Positions 38,580 through 46,637 of a DNA stretch of 46,723 nt are shown here, one piece after another; within the stretch, counting starts at the first letter, position 1; each line of letters starts with the position of its first letter. A model generated the notes under the pieces. That model did no database searches, was not told the DNA's origin, and worked only from the letters and a program-made list of their open reading frames with translations. Origin of the DNA: Candidatus Woesearchaeota archaeon (GTDB lineage Archaea; Nanobdellota; Nanobdellia; SCGC-AAA011-G17; JAGVZF01); contig JAGVZD010000002.1 of the NCBI GenBank assembly GCA_018302805.1, positions 1 to 46,723 of the forward strand. The letters run 5' to 3'. The position numbers and the translations under genes are program-made.

Positions 38580-39386
38580 ATGGTTAAAAAAATTAAAAAA
38601 TCAGGATTATTTGGTAAAGTTGTATTAGTATTAAGTATTCTACTTATGGTCTATTTAATAACAATAAATGCCTATTTATTTGACTTAAATAAAGATTTAA
38701 AGCAAGAATTAGCAAATTCAAAAGCTAATCTGGAGATTAAGAAAGAAAGTTTCAAATTTAGTGCTGAGAATGAGCAGGGGACTTTAGTAAGCATTTTATT
38801 ACCGGCAGTTAATAGGGATGGTAAAGGAGTCAGTACAGTATTGAAAATTCGTGCAGAAAAGGGGACTGGCAAAACCCTTGCAGATATAGACAATTTATTA
38901 TTCTGGGTAGATACACAAAATAGTATAAGGATGGCAAAAGAAGTTGCGTCTGATATAACCAATACGGATTTAAGCAATGTAGACTTAACATATAGTGTTG
39001 ATGCTGGTGATGCCCAAGTTATATCAGGACCTAGTGCGGGAGCTGCTTTGGCAATTGCAACTATTGCAGGAATTGAGGGCAAATCCCTTAATAAAAAAGT
39101 TATGATTACTGGTAGTATCAATCATGACGGAACTATTGGTCCTGTTGGGGAAATAGCTCAGAAAGCAAAGGCTGCCAAAGAAGCAGGTGCAGAAGTATTC
39201 CTTGTACCTTTACTACAAGGCCAAGAGGTTGTTTATGAAAGACAGGAACATTGTCAGAAATTCGGTAGAAGTCAATTCTGTACAATTGAGCAAATTCCAA
39301 AAAAGGTTAATGTTGAAGATGAAGCAGGCATTAAAATAGTTGAAGTGAGAACTATAAAGGAAGCTTTAGAATACTTCTATAATTAA
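38580..39386 (+). CDS. membrane-anchored Lon-C (S16) serine protease
   Basis: GPSAG Ser and PVGEI..K Lys dyad; N-terminal TM; no ATPase domain. Confidence 0.9.
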   Translation: MVKKIKKSGLFGKVVLVLSILLMVYLITINAYLFDLNKDLKQELANSKANLEIKKESFKFSAENEQGTLVSILLPAVNRDGKGVSTVLKIRAEKGTGKTLADIDNLLFWVDTQNSIRMAKEVASDITNTDLSNVDLTYSVDAGDAQVISGPSAGAALAIATIAGIEGKSLNKKVMITGSINHDGTIGPVGEIAQKAKAAKEAGAEVFLVPLLQGQEVVYERQEHCQKFGRSQFCTIEQIPKKVNVEDEAGIKIVEVRTIKEALEYFYN

Positions 39387-39387
39387 A

Positions 39388-40020
39388 ATGGATTTAGAAA
39401 AACTCAAAAAAGAACAAATTGAGTTATCCAGTAAAGTTTCAATTATTGGTACTCATAAAGAAATTAAAACTATTGGTGGTTGTGACCAATTAGTTATTGG
39501 AGATGAGATATATTCTTGTGTTGTTTTGTGTGATGCTGATAATTTTTCTGTTCTAGAAAAAACTTTTGCTATCAGAAAAGTTGATTTTCCTTATGTTCCT
39601 GGGTTTCTAGCATACAGAGAAGCACCGGTCATTATTGATGCTTTCTCAAAATTAAAAAATAAGCCTGATTTAATGATGATAGATGGAAATGGGATCTTAC
39701 ATCCGAGAAGATTTGGTATTGCATCACATCTTGGGGTTACATTAAATATAGCTACAATTGGAGTTGCTAAAAAATTATTGATAGGCAGAGTTGAGAAAGA
39801 CAAGGTATTTGTTGGGGAAGAGTTAAGAGCTATGAGATTAGAAACAAAAAAAGGAGCAAATCCAATATACATTAGCCCAGGACACATGGTAAGTGTTCTT
39901 AGAAGTTATGAAATTGCAAAAAATTCCATAAAGCCACCACATAAACTGCCAGAACCACTTCATTTAGCACATAAGTATGTTAGTAGAATCAAGGAAAAAG
40001 TAAGCCCGGTAGAAGAATAA
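39388..40020 (+). CDS. nfi: endonuclease V
   Basis: FPYVPGFLAYRE, DGNGILHPRRFGIASHLG, IGVAK, PIYISPGH. Confidence 0.95.
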   Translation: MDLEKLKKEQIELSSKVSIIGTHKEIKTIGGCDQLVIGDEIYSCVVLCDADNFSVLEKTFAIRKVDFPYVPGFLAYREAPVIIDAFSKLKNKPDLMMIDGNGILHPRRFGIASHLGVTLNIATIGVAKKLLIGRVEKDKVFVGEELRAMRLETKKGANPIYISPGHMVSVLRSYEIAKNSIKPPHKLPEPLHLAHKYVSRIKEKVSPVEE

Positions 40021-40024
40021 GCTG

Positions 40025-40038
40025 AAAGATTTATTAAG
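40025..40038 (+). promoter_or_regulatory. putative BRE/TATA promoter of tRNA-Val
   Basis: GAAAGATTTATTAA ~25-35 nt upstream of the tRNA 5' end. Confidence 0.5.
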
Positions 40039-40086
40039 TTAATCTTTTACAATGTTTTTATGGGCTTGTGGTCTAGTGGCTATGTC

Positions 40087-40114
40087 AGAAACTTTTGAGA
40101 AAAGTTTAATCAAA
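40087..40114 (+). repeat. palindromic intron element, copy B
   Basis: AGAAACTTTTGAGAAAAGTTTAATCAAA in tRNA-Val intron 1. Confidence 0.95.
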
Positions 40115-40163
40115 ATTTAAGTAGCAAACACAACTCTCACTCAGTTGAGGTCCCAGGTTCGAA

Positions 40164-40191
40164 AGAAACTTTTGAGAAAAGTTTAATCAAA
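40164..40191 (+). repeat. palindromic intron element, copy C
   Basis: 28 nt identical to copy B, forming the 5' end of tRNA-Val intron 2. Confidence 0.95.
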
Positions 40192-40224
40192 GTGCACGAA
40201 AGTCCTGGCAGGCCCACTTGTAAT

Positions 40225-40935
40225 ATGAATTATGACCAGCATTTTATAAAGGATGATCTTGTTGCAGCCAGGATAGTAAAGTACGCTCGGGTCTCATCAA
40301 AATATAAGGTAATTGAAATTGGTTCGGGTAATGGGGTTATAACAAAGCAATTAGTTAAAAAGAGCCCTGTCACTACTATTGAAATTGATCCTAAATTATG
40401 TGAAGAATTAGAAAAATTAAAACTACCAAACTTGAAAGTAATAAATAAAAATATTTTATCTTACAATATTGATTTTGATATTGCTGTTTCTAATCTACCA
40501 TTCAATATTTGTGAGCCATATTTTAATATTTTAATTAAAAAAGAATTTAAAAGGTGTGTATTTTGTGTTCCAATCTCTTTTTCAAATAGACTAACCAATG
40601 AACAAGGACTTCTTTCTTTGATAATCCCGTTGTTTTTCAAAATAAAAGTTTTAGAGACTATTCCAAGAGAAGCCATTTTACCTATACCAAAGACTGATTG
40701 TGCTATAATTTCTGTTGTCCCACAGAGAATTTGCAGTAAAAAAAATTCTGTTATAAAGGAGATTTATTTACAGATGGATAAGAAGTTAAAGGTGGCAATA
40801 AGAGAATCTTATTGTAAGGTGTTAAAATTAACAAAAAAACAAGCTAATGAAAGATTACCTAAACTTGATTATCTGGAAAAAAGAGTTTATATGTTAAATT
40901 ATATAGAGTGGAAACAACTCATTTTACAAATTTAA
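40225..40935 (+). CDS. ksgA: 16S rRNA adenine dimethyltransferase KsgA/Dim1
   Basis: DQHF, VIEIGSGNGVIT, IEID, SNLPFNI; start moved to ATG 40225 after the tRNA. Confidence 0.88.
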   Translation: MNYDQHFIKDDLVAARIVKYARVSSKYKVIEIGSGNGVITKQLVKKSPVTTIEIDPKLCEELEKLKLPNLKVINKNILSYNIDFDIAVSNLPFNICEPYFNILIKKEFKRCVFCVPISFSNRLTNEQGLLSLIIPLFFKIKVLETIPREAILPIPKTDCAIISVVPQRICSKKNSVIKEIYLQMDKKLKVAIRESYCKVLKLTKKQANERLPKLDYLEKRVYMLNYIEWKQLILQI

Positions 40936-40990
40936 GTTATTAAGATAATTTAAAAATTTTTCTAGATAATTATGCGAATATTAATTTTAA

Positions 40991-41500
40991 CTATAATTTT
41001 GTTTGATTTTTAAAAATTCCTTTATATTTCGCGTTCCCATAAACTCTTTGAAAAATAAATTGACAAATTTTAGTACCTGCTTTAATCTTAATAGGAATAT
41101 GGCTCATATTACTTATTTCTAAAACTTGTTTATTGTTAATTCCTGGCTGCATAAACGGTGCTGAGATATGAACCATTAAACCAATACGGGCAAATCTGCT
41201 CCTGCCTTCTAACCAGCCACAAATATCTGAAGGTAACCTTATTTTCTCTTTAGTTATGCCCAATATTGTATCTTGGGGATTTAAAATTATATCTTTTGAA
41301 GTAATTAGTTTTGTTATTTTTTTATAATCTGCTTTATCTGAGGCAACAAAGATTTTTTTTGAATTAGAGAATATCCTAAATTTATTATCCAAAGTCAAAT
41401 CTATTGAAGCAGGTCCAATATTCTTAATATTAAAAGGAGTTATTTTTATCCTTTTTTTCTTAATCTCCTGGATTAATTCTGGTTTTGTTAATATAGACAT
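40991..41500 (-). CDS. dcd: dCTP deaminase
   Basis: PASIDLTL, EGRSRFARIGL, LEI.N, ICQ. Confidence 0.93.
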   Translation of the reverse strand: MSILTKPELIQEIKKKRIKITPFNIKNIGPASIDLTLDNKFRIFSNSKKIFVASDKADYKKITKLITSKDIILNPQDTILGITKEKIRLPSDICGWLEGRSRFARIGLMVHISAPFMQPGINNKQVLEISNMSHIPIKIKAGTKICQFIFQRVYGNAKYKGIFKNQTKL

Positions 41501-41623
41501 TCTTTTCAAAAAAGTTAGATTCAAATATATTTATAAGTGTTGTCAAAGAACTAAATGCTGAATAAGTTAGATAAACAATAATTATGTTAAATATCAATTT
41601 TAAATCGGGACTAGGTTAAAATT

Positions 41624-41707
41624 GCGGCTTTAGTTCACCGGTAGAATCCGAGCTTCCCAATTCTTAGGAATTAGCTTGAGAAGTGGGTTCGATTCCCACA
41701 AGCCGCA
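41624..41707 (+). tRNA. tRNA-Gly(CCC) with 13-nt canonical intron (41660-41672)
   Basis: Acceptor GCGGCTT/AAGCCGC, anticodon stem CGAGC/GCTTG, BHB helix TTCC/GGAA. Confidence 0.92.
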
Positions 41708-41769
41708 TTCTACTGCATACATTTACAGTAAAAATCAAATTTAAATACTTTATCTACTTTATAATTTAA

Positions 41770-42231
41770 ATGGAAAAATATTTAATAAGTGATGAGGAAT
41801 TTGAACATATCGGGATTGAGTTTAATTTAGCCAGAAATCTAGTAAGGTATCTTCAGTTAGTAGATAAAAGAACTAGAAAGATAATACTAGAGGAATTATA
41901 TAATAGAGAATCTAAACCTGATATTCCCTACAATCTTGGAAAAGTATCTTTTAAATATTTTAAAGTTGATGATTGTAAGCCCAATAAGGAAAAGCTTGTC
42001 AGTGATTTTGGTTTAGAGGCTGTATTGGCAATTTCAACCATAAGCCAAAAATCTATTTCTGAATTATTACGAGAACAAAGGTTAATTCCAGATCCTACCC
42101 TATATTTAATCAAAGTGGGAGAACATGATATATTAAGTACGCCAAAAATATTACCTATTGTTAAGAAAGATGAAGTAGAAGAAATAATTTCTGCCTTAGT
42201 TAGTAAGGCACTGGCAAATAAAAAAACTTAA
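41770..42231 (+). CDS. hypothetical protein
   Basis: 153-aa ORF with an upstream TTTAAATA box. Confidence 0.65.
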   Translation: MEKYLISDEEFEHIGIEFNLARNLVRYLQLVDKRTRKIILEELYNRESKPDIPYNLGKVSFKYFKVDDCKPNKEKLVSDFGLEAVLAISTISQKSISELLREQRLIPDPTLYLIKVGEHDILSTPKILPIVKKDEVEEIISALVSKALANKKT

Positions 42232-42256
42232 ATAATATTACAAATGAGTTCTTTTC

Positions 42257-43894
42257 ATGAAGAAAGAAAAAAGGTTGATAACTGCTGCATTACCATATAC
42301 TAATAACGTACCACATATTGGAAATATTGTAGGAAGTCATTTGCCCGCAGATATTTTTGCAAGGTATTCTAGATTAAATGGTTTTGATTGTGTTTTTATT
42401 GGAGGTACAGATGAAAATGGAACAACTTCAGAGATTGCTGCACAAAAATATGGGATAGGCTACCAGGAATTATGTGATTTCTTTTTTAAAATTCATAAGG
42501 AAATATATGATTGGTTTGAAATTAGTTATGATAATTTTTCTAGAACAAGTAAGCCTATTCATCATGAAACTGTAAAAGAATTTTTTCTTGTAATGCATAA
42601 AAAAGGGTTTCTAATTGAGAATAAAGTAAGAATACCCTACTGTAATTTTTGTAAAAGGTCCTTAGCAGACAGATATATTTCAGGAATCTGCCCTTACTGT
42701 AGCTATGGCTCTGCTAGAGGAGACCAATGTGAAAAATGTGGAAAGCTTTTGGAACCGGAAAACTTAATTAAACCTAAGTGTTCTGGTTGTGGAAAAAGTG
42801 AAATTGAATTTATAGATAAAAAACATCTTTTCCTAGATTTGACTGAGCTATCTAAGAAACTTGAAACCTGGATTAAGAAAAATAAACATTGGAGAAAACA
42901 AGTATCTAGCATAGCTTTGGCCTGGATAAATGAAGGTCTGAAACCTAGAGACGTTACTAGAGAATTAAATTGGGGAGTTACAGTACCTATTAAAGGCTAT
43001 GAAGATATGAAGATCTATGTTTGGGCAGAAGCAGCAATTGGTTATATTAGCTCCACAAAAGAATGGAATAATGTTAAATGGGAACAATATTGGAAAGACA
43101 AAGATTCAAGGATTTATCATTTCATTGGCAAAGACAATATTCCTTTTCACACAATTTTGTTTCCTGGAGAATTAATGGCACATGGTGGATTTAACTTACC
43201 TTACAATGTTGTGGGATTACAATATCTTAATTATGAAAATAGTAAATTTTCTAAGAGTAAAGGACATGGAATTTTCTGCGAAAATCTTCCAGATGCAGGA
43301 TTAGATGCAGATTATTGGAGATTTTATTTGTCTTATCTGATTCCAGAGACAGGGGATACAGAATTTTTATGGAAAGATTTTCAAGATAGAATAAATAATG
43401 ATTTGATTGGAAATTTTTCAAATTTCATAAATAGAACCTTAAGTTTTACATGGAATAATTTTGATGGGGAGGTAAATGGACATTTAGATAAGGAATTTTA
43501 TAAAGAAATTAGTAAGCAAATAGACTTAATACTTAAATTATATGAAAAAGTAGAACTTAAAGATGCTTTAAGTGAAATATTAAAATTATCTGACTATGGA
43601 AACAAATATTTCCAGGAAAATGAACCATGGAAGACTAAAGATAGAAACATTCTATTTAACTGTGTTAACTTGTGTAAAATTCTTGGATTATTAATACAAC
43701 CTTACCTGCCATCAACATCAAATAAAATACTTGGATTTCTTAATTGCAGAGAAACAGATTGGAAGAATCTAAACGAATTCAATGTTAAAAAGATTAATGA
43801 ACCTAGAATATTGTTTGAAAAATTAGAATCAAAAAAGATTGAAGATTTGAAGAATAAAACTGCAAAAGTAACTGAATATAAGATTAAAAAATAA
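42257..43894 (+). CDS. metG: methionyl-tRNA synthetase (catalytic core, lacking the C-terminal OB domain)
   Basis: LPYTN.VPHIGN, zinc knuckles, GKDNIPFH, KFSKS. Confidence 0.97.
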   Translation: MKKEKRLITAALPYTNNVPHIGNIVGSHLPADIFARYSRLNGFDCVFIGGTDENGTTSEIAAQKYGIGYQELCDFFFKIHKEIYDWFEISYDNFSRTSKPIHHETVKEFFLVMHKKGFLIENKVRIPYCNFCKRSLADRYISGICPYCSYGSARGDQCEKCGKLLEPENLIKPKCSGCGKSEIEFIDKKHLFLDLTELSKKLETWIKKNKHWRKQVSSIALAWINEGLKPRDVTRELNWGVTVPIKGYEDMKIYVWAEAAIGYISSTKEWNNVKWEQYWKDKDSRIYHFIGKDNIPFHTILFPGELMAHGGFNLPYNVVGLQYLNYENSKFSKSKGHGIFCENLPDAGLDADYWRFYLSYLIPETGDTEFLWKDFQDRINNDLIGNFSNFINRTLSFTWNNFDGEVNGHLDKEFYKEISKQIDLILKLYEKVELKDALSEILKLSDYGNKYFQENEPWKTKDRNILFNCVNLCKILGLLIQPYLPSTSNKILGFLNCRETDWKNLNEFNVKKINEPRILFEKLESKKIEDLKNKTAKVTEYKIKK

Positions 43895-43916
43895 GAGGTT
43901 CACCAAAAAAAATATT

Positions 43917-44375
43917 ATGATTAGGAAAGCGACAAAAAAAGATATACAAGATATTGCTTTTATCGAATTAAATAGTGGGTATAAATTTAGGGGTCAAATA
44001 AGTACTAATGAAGAAATTGATAGAATAAAAGATGATTTTCTAAATGGTTGTGATTTTTTTATAGAAAAAGAAAAAAGAGCCTATGTTTCAGTACTATTCA
44101 AAAATAGTGTTTGCCATGTAGACTATCTTTCTGTAATTAAACGAGAACATGGGGAGGGATTAGGGGGTTTATTCATGCAATTTATTGAAAAGAAAGCCAT
44201 AAATAAAAAATGTAAGAAGATAAGCTTGGAAGTTAATAGTAAAAATAGCGCTGCTATTAATTTGTATAAGAAATTAGGATATTCTGTAGTCAAGGTAAAA
44301 GAAAAGGTAAATTATGGTAAAAAAGCAACAAAATTTGTGATGGAAAAGGATTTAAATTTAAGTGATAATAATTAG
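43917..44375 (+). CDS. GNAT family acetyltransferase
   Basis: HGEGLG acetyl-CoA loop, LEV...N..AINLYKKLGY. Confidence 0.9.
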   Translation: MIRKATKKDIQDIAFIELNSGYKFRGQISTNEEIDRIKDDFLNGCDFFIEKEKRAYVSVLFKNSVCHVDYLSVIKREHGEGLGGLFMQFIEKKAINKKCKKISLEVNSKNSAAINLYKKLGYSVVKVKEKVNYGKKATKFVMEKDLNLSDNN

Positions 44376-44379
44376 AAAC

Positions 44380-44706
44380 ATGGGAGAAATAAAATTTGAT
44401 GATTGGCAAAAATTTGATTTTAGAATAGGGGAAATCCTTGAAGTTTATGATCATCCAAATGCTGAAAAGCTTTTTGTCATTAAGGTTGATATTGGAGAAA
44501 AGTTAATTAATTTAGTTGCAGGGTTGAAAAATTATTACGAGAAAGAAGATTTAATTGGGAAGAAAGTTGTTGTTTTTACAAATTTGGAGCAAAAGACATT
44601 AAGAGGGATTAAGAGTGAAGGGATGGTGTTAGCAGCTGAAAAAAATAATAATGTTGTTTTGTTAACAGTTGATAAAAATATTGAAAATGGTGCTAATATA
44701 AGATAG
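44380..44706 (+). CDS. tRNA-binding OB-fold protein (MetRS C-terminal/Trbp111-like)
   Basis: HPNAEKL, VAGLK.YY, NL....LRGIKSEGMVLAA. Confidence 0.92.
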   Translation: MGEIKFDDWQKFDFRIGEILEVYDHPNAEKLFVIKVDIGEKLINLVAGLKNYYEKEDLIGKKVVVFTNLEQKTLRGIKSEGMVLAAEKNNNVVLLTVDKNIENGANIR

Positions 44707-44707
44707 T

Positions 44708-46492
44708 TTATCTGTTCTTTTCTTTTCTAACTTGAAGATCATATAACCTCTTATAGATTGAACAACTCTTTAAAAGATTCTTATGTCTGCCTTCTGCTAT
44801 TATTTTTCCTTGGTCCATTACAATTATTTTATCTGCATTTAGTATTGTTGATAATCTATGGGCAATTATTACTAATGTTTTATCACCATGAATACTTTTA
44901 ATTGCTTCTTGAATTGCTTGTTCTGATTCAGAATCTAAGTGGCTTGTTGATTCATCCATAATTATTACACTTGCTCCCGTGAATATAGCTCTGGCAATAC
45001 CAATTCTTTGCCTTTGCCCACCAGATAATCTAATTCCTCTCTCACCTATTACAGATTTATACCCTTTAGGCATTTTAGAGATAAATTCATGTGCAGCAGC
45101 TAATTTTGCAGCAAATATAACTTCCTTTTCCTTAAATTTTAATCGGCCATATGTAATATTATCTTTTATGCTTCTATTAAACAGGTTAATATCTTGTGGG
45201 ATGTACGCAATCCTTTTCCTTAAGGAAGCCCTTCTGGCATTCCTTAAGTCAATACCATCCCATAGAACTTTACCTTTGTCAGGATCATAAAATCTGAGAA
45301 GTAAATTTGAAAATGTAGATTTTCCTGCTCCGCTTCTCCCAACTATTGCAACAACCTCTCCTTTCTTAAAATCTACTGTAATATCTTTTAATGCTTGATA
45401 ATTTTTTGAATATGAGAAATTAACTTTATCAAATACAATTTTATTTCTAAGCTCCTTAAGATCAATTGCATTTCTTGAATCCTTTAATGAATCATCTTCT
45501 GAGAGAATTTCAAATAGATGTTTTGATCTGCCAACAACTCTTCTAATTCTAGTAAATATAGAATTTAATTCTCTTAATGGTGCGAATGTTAATTGCTGAT
45601 AGCTAATTAATAATACAATTAGGCCTATTGTATATTCATTTTTGTAAAATTTCCATATACTAAATGTTAGTAAAATAATTCTCATTAGAGTTTCTATTCC
45701 GGTTTGCATTAGGCTTTGAACCAGCCAAAGCTCTTCTTCCTTATACTCTAGGTGATGAATTTTTGCCCATACTTTTTTGTAATTTTTAGATTCTCTTGAT
45801 TCTGTACCAAATGCCTTTACAGATCTTACATTGCCTGCAGCATCATATAGTAATCTTGATGCAAAATGATGTATTTTATTAACAAAATTTTGTCTCTTAG
45901 CGATTTTTTGAGATACAATAAATGTAACAATTACATAAATTGGAATTGGAATTATTAAAATTAATGCAGCCCCTGGAAAACTTATAAATGCAATTATTAA
46001 AACAATTATTAATGTTATTAAATAAACTAAGAAATTATTTCCAAATAATTCGTGAATTATAGTCCAAATTGAACTTGCACCTCTATCAATTTTTCCCGCA
46101 AATTCCCCGGAGTCATGTTTATCATGCCATATTGTGGGAAGGTTAAAGAAATGATTTAGAACTCTATATCTCCAGTAATCTTCAACTTGTGTAGCAATGA
46201 AGAAGCTTAATCTGTTGACCCAAAAACGAAATAGTGTCATTGCTATACCAACCCCAAATAGACTTGTTAACAATATTATATATAATCTAATTTCAAGATT
46301 TGTTGGATTTGCTAATTTTTCTAAATTATCAATGATAAGCTGAACAATTTTTGGAGCTACTGTTTCTAGAATTGCTACAAAAAGAGCACATACAAACATA
46401 ACTATTACTTTCCATTTGAATTTTATCCAGGCTGTTTTAAAAATAACTCTTAATATTCCCAAGAATGTAAGATCTCTTTTTTTTATTTGCAT
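44708..46492 (-). CDS. ABC exporter, fused permease/ATP-binding (MsbA-like)
   Basis: TM domain, GRSGAGKST, LSGGQRQR, DESTSHLD, IAHRLST. Confidence 0.95.
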   Translation of the reverse strand: MQIKKRDLTFLGILRVIFKTAWIKFKWKVIVMFVCALFVAILETVAPKIVQLIIDNLEKLANPTNLEIRLYIILLTSLFGVGIAMTLFRFWVNRLSFFIATQVEDYWRYRVLNHFFNLPTIWHDKHDSGEFAGKIDRGASSIWTIIHELFGNNFLVYLITLIIVLIIAFISFPGAALILIIPIPIYVIVTFIVSQKIAKRQNFVNKIHHFASRLLYDAAGNVRSVKAFGTESRESKNYKKVWAKIHHLEYKEEELWLVQSLMQTGIETLMRIILLTFSIWKFYKNEYTIGLIVLLISYQQLTFAPLRELNSIFTRIRRVVGRSKHLFEILSEDDSLKDSRNAIDLKELRNKIVFDKVNFSYSKNYQALKDITVDFKKGEVVAIVGRSGAGKSTFSNLLLRFYDPDKGKVLWDGIDLRNARRASLRKRIAYIPQDINLFNRSIKDNITYGRLKFKEKEVIFAAKLAAAHEFISKMPKGYKSVIGERGIRLSGGQRQRIGIARAIFTGASVIIMDESTSHLDSESEQAIQEAIKSIHGDKTLVIIAHRLSTILNADKIIVMDQGKIIAEGRHKNLLKSCSIYKRLYDLQVRKEKNR

Positions 46493-46514
46493 ATGCCCCT
46501 CATTGAAAAATTAA

Positions 46515-46637
46515 TGGGCCCAACCGGATTTGAACCGGCGACCTATATCGATTTAATATTTCGATGGCTGTCCAATCTGGCTATCAGTATCACCCTCAAA
46601 TGAGTCGAATGCTCCAGCCAGGCTAAGCTATGGGCCC
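46515..46637 (-). tRNA. tRNA-Ile(GAT) with three introns (46589-46605, 46566-46581, 46545-46559)
   Basis: Acceptor GGGCCCA/TGGGCCC; three BHB-like motifs; removing 17+16+15 nt leaves a 75-nt cloverleaf with anticodon arm TTCGA-CTGATAA-TCGAA. Confidence 0.85.

Larger units (their letters stand above)
40062..40216 (+). tRNA. tRNA-Val(CAC) with two non-canonical introns (D arm 40085-40127; T loop 40164-40202)
   Basis: Acceptor GGGCTTG/CAGGCCC, anticodon arm CAACT-CTCACTC-AGTTG; BHB1 helix GCTA/TAGC, BHB2 helix TTCG/CGAA; splicing restores D stem GTC/GAC and T loop TTCGAAT. Confidence 0.9.

Noticed and set aside
40087-40191. Two identical 28-nt palindromic repeats 49 nt apart, resembling a mini CRISPR array
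   Set aside because: The apparent spacer contains the anticodon arm of a tRNA, both repeats lie within BHB introns, and there are no cas genes.
40192-40224. GTG-initiated N-terminal extension of ksgA
   Set aside because: It overlaps the tRNA-Val intron and 3' exon; ATG 40225 matches the family start.
41499-41525. Degenerate look-alike of the intron element upstream of dcd (TTCTTTTCAAAAAAGTTAGATTCAAA)
   Set aside because: Several mismatches break the stem, and chance similarity is likely in AT-rich DNA.
6217-45290. Numerous short antisense or alternative-frame ORFs in the ORF track (e.g. 19332-19733, 21142-21579, 34780-35259, 38672-39121)
   Set aside because: They are shadows of well-supported genes on the opposite strand, with no motifs of their own.
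46600-46602. CAT anticodon call (Met/Ile2) for the last tRNA
   Set aside because: It would put U at position 37 and lacks a suitable BHB; the CAT lies in a BHB-bounded intron and GAT gives a canonical loop.
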